NCBI RefSeq assembly: GCF_001457615.1
Contig: NZ_LN831024.1
Coordinates: 3,990,001 to 4,022,000, forward strand
Source: Pseudomonas aeruginosa
GTDB taxonomy: Bacteria > Pseudomonadota > Gammaproteobacteria > Pseudomonadales > Pseudomonadaceae
Length of the DNA: 32,000 bases
Direction: 5' to 3'
This document shows positions 1 to 9,333 of the stretch, in pieces (positions within the stretch are counted from its first letter, which is position 1; each line of letters begins with the position of its first letter). Below the pieces are notes generated by a model, which was given only the letters and a program-made list of their open reading frames with translations, made no database searches and was not told the origin of the DNA. The position numbers and the translations under genes are program-made.

Positions 1-9
1 AGCCTGTGC

Positions 10-393
10 GTGATGGCCGGGCCGGGCTTCGCCGGCGAACTGAGTGCGGAGGAGTACCTGGCGGCGGACCATGTCGCGGTGACCTCGCGGCGACGCGGCA
101 TCTGCATCGAAGACCTGGCCCTCGGCCACCTCGGCCTGACCCGCCAGGTGCGCCAGCGCTGCCAGCACTACCTGTCGGCGGCGTTGCTGGTGGCCCAGGG
201 CGGCTACCTGCTGACCCTGACCCGAGGCTACGCCGAACTGATCAACCGCGGCCTGGGCAACCGCCTGCTGCCGATGCCGCTGGCCCTGCCAGCGGTGACT
301 CTGAATCTCTACTGGTCGCGCCAGGCCGACGACGAAGCCGGCAGCCTCTGGCTGCGCGGCGAACTGGCGGAGCTGGCGACGCGCCTGCGCTGA
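10..393 (+). CDS. C-terminal part of a LysR-type transcriptional regulator (effector-binding domain), truncated by window edge
   Basis: 127-aa ORF running in from the left edge; sequence (SAEEYLAADHVAVTSRRRG...HYLSAALLVAQGGYLLTLTRGYAELINR) resembles a LysR substrate-binding domain C-terminus. Confidence 0.6.
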   Translation: MMAGPGFAGELSAEEYLAADHVAVTSRRRGICIEDLALGHLGLTRQVRQRCQHYLSAALLVAQGGYLLTLTRGYAELINRGLGNRLLPMPLALPAVTLNLYWSRQADDEAGSLWLRGELAELATRLR

Positions 394-408
394 GCGCGGG
401 CGCTGCGT

Positions 409-750
409 CTAGGGCTTCGCCGCCTTGGCGCGGGCCTTCTGCAGCCACTGCCCGGCCTTCGCCGAACACTCCGTGACATAGGTCGTATCGATCGCGCAGC
501 GCTCCCCGGTGGCCTTGAGCAGGTAGGCGGCATCGGCTACCTCGTAGTCGGTGTGCCGGCGCGGCGTACCGTTCGCCTGGGATTCGCGTTCGTCCTCGCG
601 GATGTCGCAGTACAGCGCATTGCTGCGGGCGAACAGTTCTAGGCACTCGGCATCCTTGCCCAGCAATGGGTTGGCGCTGTCCTCGGCGGACTTGGAGCAG
701 CCGCCGAGCAGCAGGCAGGCGCAGGCAATCGTGGCAAGCGGGCTACGCAT
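409..750 (-). CDS. small putative lipoprotein of unknown function
   Basis: 113 aa with N-terminal lipobox-type signal MRSPLATIACACLLLGGCSKS. Confidence 0.75.
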   Translation of the reverse strand: MRSPLATIACACLLLGGCSKSAEDSANPLLGKDAECLELFARSNALYCDIREDERESQANGTPRRHTDYEVADAAYLLKATGERCAIDTTYVTECSAKAGQWLQKARAKAAKP

Positions 751-830
751 GTGTCCGTTTCCTTGGCCATGGAGAGTGCGCCATTAAAACAGCCCCGGCG
801 CCTCGGCGCACCCGCGGCGTGCCCATGGTG

Positions 831-1463
831 CTACTCCGCATCCCCCTGCCCCAGCAGCGCCCGGTACTTCACCGCCGCCGCGGTCCGCGACGGCACGTCC
901 AGCGCCCGCAGCAGCGACGACACATGGATGCGCACCGTGTAGTGGGAGATGTCCAGGGCGCGGCCGATCTCCTTGTTGCTCTTGCCCTGGGCCAGCAGGC
1001 GCAGGACATCCAGTTGGCGCTCGGTGAGCCCCTCCAGGCGCGGGCTGGGCTGCAGCGGCAGGAGGCCGGAGGGTTCGTAGCGCACCAGCACTTCCCCGGC
1101 GCGGATGGCCAGAATCGCCTGGCCGAGTTCCTCGGGCGCGATGCTCTTGCCGAGGAAGCCGTCGGCCCCTGCGTTCATCACTTCGCCGATGAGCTGCGGG
1201 TCGTCGACCATCGAGACGACGATCAGGGTGGTGCGCGGGAACCGGCGGCGCAGGTCGGCGAGCATCTCGATGCGGGTCAGGCCGGGGAAACGCAGGTCGA
1301 GGATCAGCGAATCGGGCTGCTCGCCTTCGTCAGCCAGGCGCAGGACCCCGGCGAGATCGCCGGCCTCCTCGATCCTGGCCTCGGGCAGCAGGCGCTGGAG
1401 GATACTCAGCATGCCCTCGCGAAACAGCGGATGATCATCGGCGACGATGATGCGGCCAGTCAT
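831..1463 (-). CDS. two-component response regulator, REC + LuxR-type HTH (NarL/FixJ family)
   Basis: 210 aa; N-terminal IIVADDHPLFREGM, LILDLRFPG phospho-acceptor region, C-terminal GLTERQLDVLRLLAQGKSNKEIGRALDISHYTVRIHVSSLLRAL. Confidence 0.9.
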   Translation of the reverse strand: MTGRIIVADDHPLFREGMLSILQRLLPEARIEEAGDLAGVLRLADEGEQPDSLILDLRFPGLTRIEMLADLRRRFPRTTLIVVSMVDDPQLIGEVMNAGADGFLGKSIAPEELGQAILAIRAGEVLVRYEPSGLLPLQPSPRLEGLTERQLDVLRLLAQGKSNKEIGRALDISHYTVRIHVSSLLRALDVPSRTAAAVKYRALLGQGDAE

Positions 1464-1590
1464 TCTTGTAGTCTCCAGGAGTCGCAGTTTCCGCCGCGCA
1501 TGCTACCTTAGCCCGCTACCGCCGCGCCCACCCTTCGTCCGTCTTCGTGACGAAGGGGGCGAAACAGAGGAAAAGGCGCGCGGCGCTCCC

Positions 1591-3231
1591 ATGCACACGG
1601 AGGTGCACATGAAGTTCGAGAAGAATACCGAGCTGGACCAGGCCAACCTGCGACTGATCGTGGCCACCTGCGCGATCCTCTACGTGGTGCTGATCGGCCT
1701 GCTGCCCGGCCTGAAGGTCGAGACCTACCTGCCGATCGTTGCCTACTACGGCCTGTTCCTGATCGCCTCCATACTGCTGCGCCAGGCCATCGTGCGCTGG
1801 CCGGGGCACTACCCGGCGCGGCGGATCTTCTGCATGCTGCACGACTACGCCGGCACCTCGTTCGGCCTGATCGTGGGCGGCGAGGCAGCGCTGCCGCTGT
1901 ACGCGGTGATGGTCTGGATCAACCTGGGCAACGGCATGCGCTACGGCTCGCGCTACCTGGCCATCGCCACCGCCCTGGCGCTGCTCGCGCTACTGGTCAT
2001 CTATCGACTGACCCCGGCCTGGCAGGCTCAGCCGTTCATGGTGCTGATGCTGATGACCACCAGTACCGTCATTCCCTTCTACGCGCACCTCCTGCTGGAG
2101 CGCACGCGCAAGGCCACCGAGGAAGCGTTGCAGGCGAACCAGGAGAAATCGCGCCTGCTGGCCCAGGCCAGCCACGACCTGCGCCAGCCGATCCACTCCA
2201 TCGGCCTGTTCACCGCCTGCCTGCGCGACGCCCACCTGGGCGAAGAGGAACGGCGCCTGGTGGACAACATCGACCGCTCGCTGCTCAACGTCTCGCAACT
2301 GTTCCGCTCCATTCTCGATCTCTACACCCTCGACAACGGCCGGCTCCAGCCCAAGCAGGAGAACGTCCACCTGGGCGAGTTGCTGCGCGACCTGGTCCGG
2401 CGCAACGCCGAAGCGGCGCGCTGGGCCGGGGTGGAACTGCGCCTGCGCCCTTGCCGCCTGTGGACGCGAACCGATCCGGGGCTGCTGTCCACCATGCTGC
2501 AGAACCTGCTCTCCAACAGCCTCAAGTACGCCGCCGAGCGCCCGCTGCTGATCGGCGTGCGGCGGCGAGGCGACGGCCTGGCCGTAGCCATCTACGACCA
2601 GGGCCGGGGGATCGCGGAGGAACACCTGCCGCGGGTGTTCGAGGAGTTCTACCGGGTACGCGAGACGCGCGACCGCGACGTCGAGGGAATCGGCCTGGGG
2701 CTGTCCATCGTCCGCCGCCTGGGGCAGTTGACCGGGATCGAGGTGACGCTGCGCTCGCGGGTCGGACGCGGCACCGCGGTGACCCTGCACGGCCTGCCGG
2801 CGGTCGCCGCGCAAGCCCTGCCCCGCCGCGACGATCCCCTGCAGGCCGGCCTGCTCACCGGCTTGCGGGTGTGCCTGGTGGAAGATGATCGCAACGTCCT
2901 GCGCGCCACCTCGGCGTTGCTCGAACGCTGGGGCTGCACGGTCCAGGCGGAAACCGAGGCGGACGGCTGGCGAACCGATTGCGACATCCTCGTCGTCGAC
3001 TACGACCTCGGCCCCCACGCCTCCGGCGTCGAGTGCATCGAGCGGGTACGGCGGCAACGCGGAGAGGCGATACCGGCGCTGGTGATCAGCGGCCACGACA
3101 TCGAGCGTATCCAGGCCAGCGTCGAAGACACCGACATCGCCCTGCTCTCCAAGCCCGTGCGCCCCACGGAATTGCGCGCCACCCTGCGCGCCCTGCGCGA
3201 GCGCCCGGTGGCCGCCAGCCACGCTTCCTGA
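1591..3231 (+). CDS. membrane hybrid sensor histidine kinase with C-terminal receiver domain (PA1396-like DSF sensor candidate)
   Basis: Hydrophobic N-terminal segments, H-box SHDLRQPIHS, ATPase boxes (MLQNLLSNSLKYA, DQGRGI, GIGLGLSI), receiver domain (CLVEDDRNVLRATSALLERWG, VVDYDLGPHASGVECIE). Start set at ATG 1591 within the longer ORF 1447..3231; ATG 1609 is also possible. Confidence 0.85.
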   Translation: MHTEVHMKFEKNTELDQANLRLIVATCAILYVVLIGLLPGLKVETYLPIVAYYGLFLIASILLRQAIVRWPGHYPARRIFCMLHDYAGTSFGLIVGGEAALPLYAVMVWINLGNGMRYGSRYLAIATALALLALLVIYRLTPAWQAQPFMVLMLMTTSTVIPFYAHLLLERTRKATEEALQANQEKSRLLAQASHDLRQPIHSIGLFTACLRDAHLGEEERRLVDNIDRSLLNVSQLFRSILDLYTLDNGRLQPKQENVHLGELLRDLVRRNAEAARWAGVELRLRPCRLWTRTDPGLLSTMLQNLLSNSLKYAAERPLLIGVRRRGDGLAVAIYDQGRGIAEEHLPRVFEEFYRVRETRDRDVEGIGLGLSIVRRLGQLTGIEVTLRSRVGRGTAVTLHGLPAVAAQALPRRDDPLQAGLLTGLRVCLVEDDRNVLRATSALLERWGCTVQAETEADGWRTDCDILVVDYDLGPHASGVECIERVRRQRGEAIPALVISGHDIERIQASVEDTDIALLSKPVRPTELRATLRALRERPVAASHAS

Positions 3232-3257
3232 GACAAGGCAGGTCGAGGAGCTCAGGC

Positions 3258-3674
3258 CTACGGCGGGCCGTACTTGATGCCGGCGCAGCCGTGGGACAGC
3301 AGCAACTCGCCGTCGTCGGCCTCGAACTGGGTGATCCGCTTGCTCTTGTCGACGGTGACGGAAATGATGCAGCGATTGGGGTGGTTGACGGTATCCCAGT
3401 AGTTGGTGTTCACCATCACGTTGCCCTGCATCTCCGAGCTGGAGCCCACCACTTCATAGCGGGAATAGCTGGTGTCGGTGTACCACTGCATCACCACCTG
3501 CGAGCCGTCAGCGGTGCGCTCCATGTTCTGCGGCGTACCGAAGAAGGCTATCGCTTCCTCGGCGGAACGGCCCTTCCACTGGCTGCGGGCGTAGACCTCG
3601 GGCAGCGTGTCCATCTGGATACAGCCGCCCAGGGAAAGCGACGCCAGTAACGGCGCGATGAATATCCGGCGCAT
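3258..3674 (-). CDS. small putative lipoprotein of unknown function
   Basis: 138 aa, signal/lipobox MRRIFIAPLLASLSLGGCIQ, terminates shortly after the converging kinase gene. Confidence 0.75.
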   Translation of the reverse strand: MRRIFIAPLLASLSLGGCIQMDTLPEVYARSQWKGRSAEEAIAFFGTPQNMERTADGSQVVMQWYTDTSYSRYEVVGSSSEMQGNVMVNTNYWDTVNHPNRCIISVTVDKSKRITQFEADDGELLLSHGCAGIKYGPP

Positions 3675-3689
3675 GGGTTGACTCCGTGT

Positions 3690-3944
3690 CTAGGGGTTCT
3701 TCGGCGGGTTGCCAGGCAGCAGGTCGAAGGTTCGCAGGCCCGGCGCGGCGTCCTGCCCGGACGCTTGCGCGCGGTTCGCCTGCTCGGCCACGGCCATTCC
3801 GCTCTGTGCGCCGACGGGTTTCCTCGACGCCGCAAGCGAACGCCCACCGGCAGAGAACGACTCGCGCGCCGGCTCGTCGCCGCTGCCGAAGCACCACCAA
3901 TCGCTGGCCTCCGGGCCGGTGGCGAGTACGGATTGCCGAGTCAT
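3690..3944 (-). CDS. hypothetical small protein
   Basis: ORF 3690..3974 with internal ATG at 3944 (MTRQSVLATGPEASDWWC...); no recognised domain and competing ORFs overlap it. Confidence 0.4.
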   Translation of the reverse strand: MTRQSVLATGPEASDWWCFGSGDEPARESFSAGGRSLAASRKPVGAQSGMAVAEQANRAQASGQDAAPGLRTFDLLPGNPPKNP

Positions 3945-4281
3945 GGTTCCTTCCAAGTCGCGTGCGTCCTGCACAACCGGTTTCCGCGAAACGCGGGGAT
4001 CAAGGGCGGGACTATAGCGTCGCGGCGAAGAAGCTCGAATAGCACAGAGGTACTATTTTCTCGGCTCGTCCGATCGGGAAGTCACCTGCGGTGAGTTCCG
4101 GTCGAAGCGGCGCCATTCCATCGACCAACTCTGCGCCCCGGAAAACGCTGGATGCGTTCCCCTGCGTTCTCGGTCTCCAACAGCACCCTCGCGACCGAAC
4201 ACTGCACGGCCATGGCTGGAAGACAAGTGAAACCAGCCACTTGCTTAAATACCTAAGGGAAAGAACATCCTACTGAAAATA

Positions 4282-4293
4282 AAGAAATTTCTT
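4282..4293. repeat. perfect 12-bp palindrome AAGAAATTTCTT in AT-rich region upstream of cysC
   Basis: Read directly: aaataAAGAAATTTCTTatacg. Confidence 0.5.
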
Positions 4294-4449
4294 ATACGCA
4301 CTTATTTGGCGCAACGTTAACTTAACTAACTGCACAAACACGCCCTGACCGCGCATTAGAAGAAGTACCGGCCCCCAACGGAATCCAAGTCCAACTTCGG
4401 GAGCCCCCCCTTCCCATGCAGTTAACCAATCCTCCAGGCAGAAACAGCG

Positions 4450-5040
4450 ATGAACCCTCGTGAACATGGAAAACGATCGATCGATAACGAGACACGCAGT
4501 GCGCTCAAGCACCAACGCCCAGCGGTCATCTGGCTGACCGGGTTGAGTGGCGCTGGAAAATCCACTATTGCGAATGCCCTGGAACTAGCGCTTTTCGAAC
4601 AGAAGAAACATACGTTTCTCCTGGACGGCGACGATCTCCGCCTTGGCCTGTGCCGAAACCTTGGCTACAGCGACGAAGATCGCACCGAGAACATTCGAAG
4701 AATCGCGGAAGTGGCAAAGATCCTGCTGGAAGCCGGCCTTATCGTGATCGTGGCAACCATCTCGCCATTTTCGCGAGACAGGCGCCTCTCTCGGGAACTT
4801 ATCGGCATCGAGCATTTCATCGAGGTCTTTGTCGACACGCCGCTCTCGGAATGCGAGAGAAGAGATCCCAAAGGCCTGTACAGGAAAGCACGCTCGGGCA
4901 AGATAGAAAACTTCACCGGGATCGACTCGATCTACGAAACGCCCGCACAGCCGGACATAACGATCGATACACTTTCAGAAGACCCCAACCTGGCGGTGAA
5001 GCGAATCATTTCCTACCTGGAGACGAACCAGCCAGCCTGA
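4450..5040 (+). CDS. cysC: adenylylsulfate (APS) kinase, stand-alone
   Basis: 196 aa with Walker A GLSGAGKSTIANALE, DGDDLRLGLCRNLGYSDEDRTENIRRIAEVAKI, VATISPFSRDRR, VFVDTPLSECERRDPKGLYRKARSGKI, all typical CysC signatures. Confidence 0.95.
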   Translation: MNPREHGKRSIDNETRSALKHQRPAVIWLTGLSGAGKSTIANALELALFEQKKHTFLLDGDDLRLGLCRNLGYSDEDRTENIRRIAEVAKILLEAGLIVIVATISPFSRDRRLSRELIGIEHFIEVFVDTPLSECERRDPKGLYRKARSGKIENFTGIDSIYETPAQPDITIDTLSEDPNLAVKRIISYLETNQPA

Positions 5041-5096
5041 CAAGATGATTAGGCCTGGAGGCACGAACCGTCCACCGCACCACTTCCAGCTTGCGC

Positions 5097-6320
5097 TCAG
5101 GGACACCCCGTCTCGCTGCCGAACAGACGGGACAGGTTTCGCAAGGGTTTCGTGAAACGCCAGAAGCGACTGTCCAATATAGCCATCAAACGGGCGTGAG
5201 TATCATCGCGATCTATCTGCGTGCGCCGTAGCAAGTTGTCCGTTTCGGCGAGAGTGCGCTGAGCGGAAACAAGCTCTTCGCGACACGCCGACAATCGCCG
5301 AGAAAGTTCCCGCATGGCTCGTTCGTTCTGTTCGTCCCGAGCACCGGCCTCAAGCAAGCGATCTCTCAGTCCATCGTTCAGTTGCCTCTGTGCGGTACAG
5401 CTCATGGCCAGGTCAGCCACCTGCTCGCTGAACCGCGTCATGCTCTCGTTGTGGGACGAAGCCGATTGCCAGAGTTGCCTGTCCAGCTCCCCCACGTACT
5501 CCAGCAACGGCATCGCTCTGCTGAATTCCCGCTCCAGGCCTTTCCACCCTTCGATGTCGAACCGGTCCACGGCAAGCTGCTGCAGTGCCTCATGCACCTC
5601 GAGCAGCGCCTGAAAGCTTCCCGCTGCGGCAGCCAACGCGCTCGCATCATGGGATGAGTGACGCAATGCGACATCCAGGACATCACCGACGAAGCGGGCA
5701 CAAGCCGACTCGTCCACCGGCAAGGAAAGTCGATGGCCAATACGGCCCAGTTCCTGTTGCGGCAGAGCCAGCAATCGATCGTAGTCGACCACCACGGCCC
5801 CCTTGTGGAGCGCCCACTGCATCGAGCGACAGGAGTGTTCGTACCAGAGCATCAGGCTCTTTTCCCGACTCAAGTGGTCACGGGCAGCAAGAGACTCCGC
5901 GACACTAAGAGGATGGCGAGCCGCAATGACATAGTCGACCCATAGCCCCAATGCATCGAACGCGGCTTGCCAGATCGGCATCAGACGCGGCATACGCGGA
6001 TCCTTGATACCCAGCAGCGCCTTGCCTGCCAGTAGCTCAGTCAAAAGCGCCATGGCCTGCTGGACGATCTCTTCGAATCGCTCGACGCCCAGCACCCGGC
6101 GACTGGACAACCCGACGTCGCCCGACGAAAACCCGCACAGGGCCAGGACTCTGTCATTGAAAGCCACCAGGCGGGCATCTTCCCAGTATCCCTTGGGGTT
6201 GTCCGGCCTGGGTGGGATCAGATTCTCGCCAAACTCAACCCCGAGCGCCTCGAGTCCGGCGGAAAGTACGCTCGTACCGGAGCGATGCATGCCGAGAATC
6301 ACCACCACCCTGGGCGTCAT
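5097..6320 (-). CDS. P-loop sulfotransferase-like protein with C-terminal coiled-coil region
   Basis: VVVILGMHRSGTSVLSAGLEALGVEFG (5'-PSB-like P-loop), VIAARHPLSVAESLAARD (3'-PB-like), heptad-rich C-terminal half, tail DSRFWRFTKPLRNLSRLFG. Start at ATG 6320 is preceded by GGGAGG; alternative ATG 6341. Confidence 0.8.
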   Translation of the reverse strand: MTPRVVVILGMHRSGTSVLSAGLEALGVEFGENLIPPRPDNPKGYWEDARLVAFNDRVLALCGFSSGDVGLSSRRVLGVERFEEIVQQAMALLTELLAGKALLGIKDPRMPRLMPIWQAAFDALGLWVDYVIAARHPLSVAESLAARDHLSREKSLMLWYEHSCRSMQWALHKGAVVVDYDRLLALPQQELGRIGHRLSLPVDESACARFVGDVLDVALRHSSHDASALAAAAGSFQALLEVHEALQQLAVDRFDIEGWKGLEREFSRAMPLLEYVGELDRQLWQSASSHNESMTRFSEQVADLAMSCTAQRQLNDGLRDRLLEAGARDEQNERAMRELSRRLSACREELVSAQRTLAETDNLLRRTQIDRDDTHARLMAILDSRFWRFTKPLRNLSRLFGSETGCP

Positions 6321-6341
6321 GGATGAAACCTCCCTATTCAT

Positions 6342-8117
6342 TCAGTGTTTCCTGATCTTTTGCCAAAGCGCCTTCGCCCCGAATGTGCGCAAGAAGAACA
6401 CCCCCTTCGCGCATCGCTCCAGGAATCTTGAAAAACGGCCGTGCTTCTGGATATCCAGCCGGCAGCGCAATCCGTTTGCCAGTCGGTAGGACGCCCATTG
6501 CATGGACAGCCTGGCCGCCCCCAGGGCAGGCACCGGACTATCCGTGCAAACGCCGCATGGAGTCGAAACCGGCACGCGTTCCAGCAACTCCCGCAAACGC
6601 CGCTCGAAAAGAGACAAGGTGAATGCTTCGCGGATGCGGCGTGCGGAGTTCTGCCCCATCCGCCTCAGCATTTCCGGTTCGCGCATGAGGCTCTCGAGCC
6701 TAGCGGCGTAATCCCTGGCCTCTCGTTCGGCATCGCGCCGCGGAACAAGGAAGCCGCAGTGGGCAGAGACCAGTTCTGCGTGACCGCCGACATCGGCTGC
6801 GACTATGGCCATTCCGCACGCCATCGCCTCGTAGAGAACCAGTGCGATACCTTCGCCGGCCGATGGCAGGAAAAATATATCGGAGGCCTGGAACAACTCG
6901 CGCAACGCAGCCTCGTCCTGCCAGCCCAGCATCCGTACCCGCCCGGCCAAGCCATGGCGCCGGAGGTCGTTCCGCAGCTCCCCTGCCAGCTCGCCATCGC
7001 CCAGCACCAACGCGACGAAATCACTACCACGGCGCGCCAACTCGCCAAGGCTGGCGGCAAACAGCTCCGGTCGTTTCTGCGCGCAGAGCCGCCCCGCATA
7101 GGCGATCACTACGCACTGCGGAGCTATTCCCAGGCGCGCCCGGACCTTCGCGCGCGTCAGGCTGTCGGGTTTCCACGAGTCCACATCGGCGAACCAGTGC
7201 AACACCTCGACCTTGCTCGCCTCGACGCCACGGTCGAGCAGCCAGTGGCGCAGGTGCCCGGATACGACCCAGTGCCTGTCCAGCAAGGCAGTGCATCGAG
7301 CGGCTCTACCCGGATGGCCGCCATCGTCCCAGCCCTCCTCCATATGATTGAGGTCGACCACGGGCAGGCCCGGGTAGCGGGTCCGGACGTACCCCAGCAC
7401 GTCATAGGCGAATGCAGAGTTGGAAAGCAGCATCAGGTCGGGTTGTCGACTGTCCACCAGATAAGCAAGGAAGCCGCAAGCTTTCTCGGCAGACAGAAAG
7501 TCCGGAAGCACCCAGACATCCGCAGTGAGCGCGGTAAAACGATCCCGCCACCGATGCTCGGCCGCCAGGCTGGCGACCACCGTCAGCATCCAGCCCTCCC
7601 GGGCCAAGGCTCGAAGCAGATCCAGATTGCAACGATCCGCTCCGCCTGGCTCAAGCCAGGGCGCCAGCAGCAACAGGCGCTTTCCCGGGGCCTTAGGCAA
7701 GCTCCCCGGCGCCAGCATGGCCGACGAGCAAGGCTGCCTGCGCCCGTTCAGCCTTGCGCCAATACGGCCCTCGGGCAACGACCTGCGACTGACGAAGAGG
7801 TCGCCGCGTCGCGCATCTTCGCGGAGTTCGACCCACGGCAGGGTCGGTCGGGACAGCAGGAACCAGATCGCCTCTTCCAGAGCAGTCGCCCTCAGGGCTG
7901 CCGGTGCTCGCGGCAAGTACAGTACCGCCATCCCCTCTACCGGAAGACAGTCACTGTCCACTCCTGGGCAATGAATCCAGCGCCAGCGTTTCAGCGTCTG
8001 CGTCTCGAGAAATGCGGCGATTCGTTCGAGCTCCTCCACGCTGCAATCGCAGGCCGTGAGGATGGACAGCAACGGCACGGCATCGGCGACGGGACCTCGC
8101 GAAAGAACCTTCACCAC
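6342..8117 (-). CDS. glycosyltransferase, GT4/GT-B type C-terminal domain with additional N-terminal region
   Basis: 591 aa; GKRLLLLAPWLEPGGADRCNLDLLRAL, CVVIAYAGRLCAQKRPELF, FFLPSAGEGIALVLYEAMACGMAIVAADVGGHAELV. ATG overlaps the stop region of the next upstream gene. Confidence 0.88.
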   Translation of the reverse strand: MVKVLSRGPVADAVPLLSILTACDCSVEELERIAAFLETQTLKRWRWIHCPGVDSDCLPVEGMAVLYLPRAPAALRATALEEAIWFLLSRPTLPWVELREDARRGDLFVSRRSLPEGRIGARLNGRRQPCSSAMLAPGSLPKAPGKRLLLLAPWLEPGGADRCNLDLLRALAREGWMLTVVASLAAEHRWRDRFTALTADVWVLPDFLSAEKACGFLAYLVDSRQPDLMLLSNSAFAYDVLGYVRTRYPGLPVVDLNHMEEGWDDGGHPGRAARCTALLDRHWVVSGHLRHWLLDRGVEASKVEVLHWFADVDSWKPDSLTRAKVRARLGIAPQCVVIAYAGRLCAQKRPELFAASLGELARRGSDFVALVLGDGELAGELRNDLRRHGLAGRVRMLGWQDEAALRELFQASDIFFLPSAGEGIALVLYEAMACGMAIVAADVGGHAELVSAHCGFLVPRRDAEREARDYAARLESLMREPEMLRRMGQNSARRIREAFTLSLFERRLRELLERVPVSTPCGVCTDSPVPALGAARLSMQWASYRLANGLRCRLDIQKHGRFSRFLERCAKGVFFLRTFGAKALWQKIRKH

Positions 8118-9333
8118 GCCGTCCTGCCCACGGAAAACACCTTGGAGATTCCGCGGGTCCGCCTGAAGTTATCGATGAAAGCCGACCATTGCCGCTCGTG
8201 CAGCAGGTCGTCCAGCCAGTAGATGGCGCTCGCCCTCTCCAGCAGCCAGCCCGGGAGTTTTCGGCACCCACCGGCAATGACGAAAACCGTCGAGGACGCT
8301 GGCAGCTCATCGAATTGTCGACGCCATGCGTTCCAGTCCTCGGTGAGCGGCGCGTCGGCCACCACGGCTACCGCATCGGATATGACGGCGTTGTATTGGT
8401 CGGCGCGGGAGAGGTTGAGCAGAGGAGGATATGCCCAGCAGTCGTAATAGCCTTGCCGCTGCGCTCGAAGAAATGGACTCCCTCGATAGAAGCGAGGATG
8501 GCGAGTCCGCATGCGCTTGTAAGAACTCAAGGCATGACGTTTGCCGGTCTCCAGTCTGGAGCCGACCTGGCGGTGATAGAACAACAGGGGTTCCCTGATC
8601 AGCCTGCCTCGCACCCCACATCCGACCAGGGCGATCCAGAAATCCCAATCCTCGAACTGTGCCTGCCTGGCTTCGTCGAAACCGCCTACCGCCAGCCAGT
8701 CATCGCGATGAAAGATCGCAGAGACACAGAACGGATTGAAGTAACGCAACAGTCCGGGATGAAAGCCGGCGGAACGATGCAGCCGCTGCTCCTCTCCCAC
8801 CACCTGGACCCAGCTGTACGCCAGGCGGACGCCAGAGTTTCCCTCCAGCAAGACCAGGCACTTTTCCAAATAGGTGGACGCCAGCCAGTCATCCGCATCC
8901 AGGCAACAGATATAACGCCCCTCGCCCGCGCCACACCGGCATTCCGCGCTGCGGATGGCCCACGATTGGGCTGGCGCAGGAGCGTCATGCCGGGCTCCTG
9001 GAGAGCCTCGAGGAGGTCCAGGGTCGAAGGGTCATCAGAACCATCGTCGACCAGAATGATCTCGAAGTCCTGGAAGCTCTGCCGGGCCAGGCTATCAAGC
9101 GCGCGCCTCAAATACCTCCCATGGTTGAAGCAGGGAATGACCACGCTCAGCAGGGGCTTCTGCGGATCCCACGGAGTGGCGTGTCCGGAAACCTGCCGGA
9201 GCGCCGAGGCCGAACCGATATCGAGGACAAGATGGACCAGGAGCCTTCCCTTCTCTCCCAGCCACGAACGAAAAGCAGGCGGTAGGGAAAATAGCAGACG
9301 TTGCAGAAAATGGGCCGACCTCACGCCCTTCAC
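8111..9333 (-). pseudogene. GT2-family glycosyltransferase split by an apparent 1-nt deletion at the G4 run 8918-8921
   Basis: Two ORFs: 8686..9333 (LLSVVIPCFNHGRYLRRALDSLARQSFQDFEIILVDDGSDDPST...AARNAGVARARG) and 8111..8869 (MEKCLVLLEGN...GGFDEARQAQFEDWDFWIAL). One added G joins them as ARGRYICCLDADDWLASTYLEKCLVLLEGN, restoring the DxD motif; 1223 nt span is one short of a multiple of 3. Confidence 0.85.

Noticed and set aside
1990-3222. 410-aa minus-strand ORF opposite the hybrid kinase
   Set aside because: Shadow ORF; composition is typical of antisense frames in high-GC Pseudomonas genes.
6441-8222. 593-aa plus-strand ORF opposite a glycosyltransferase
   Set aside because: Shadow ORF without motifs; the minus strand carries GT4 signatures and operon-style overlaps.
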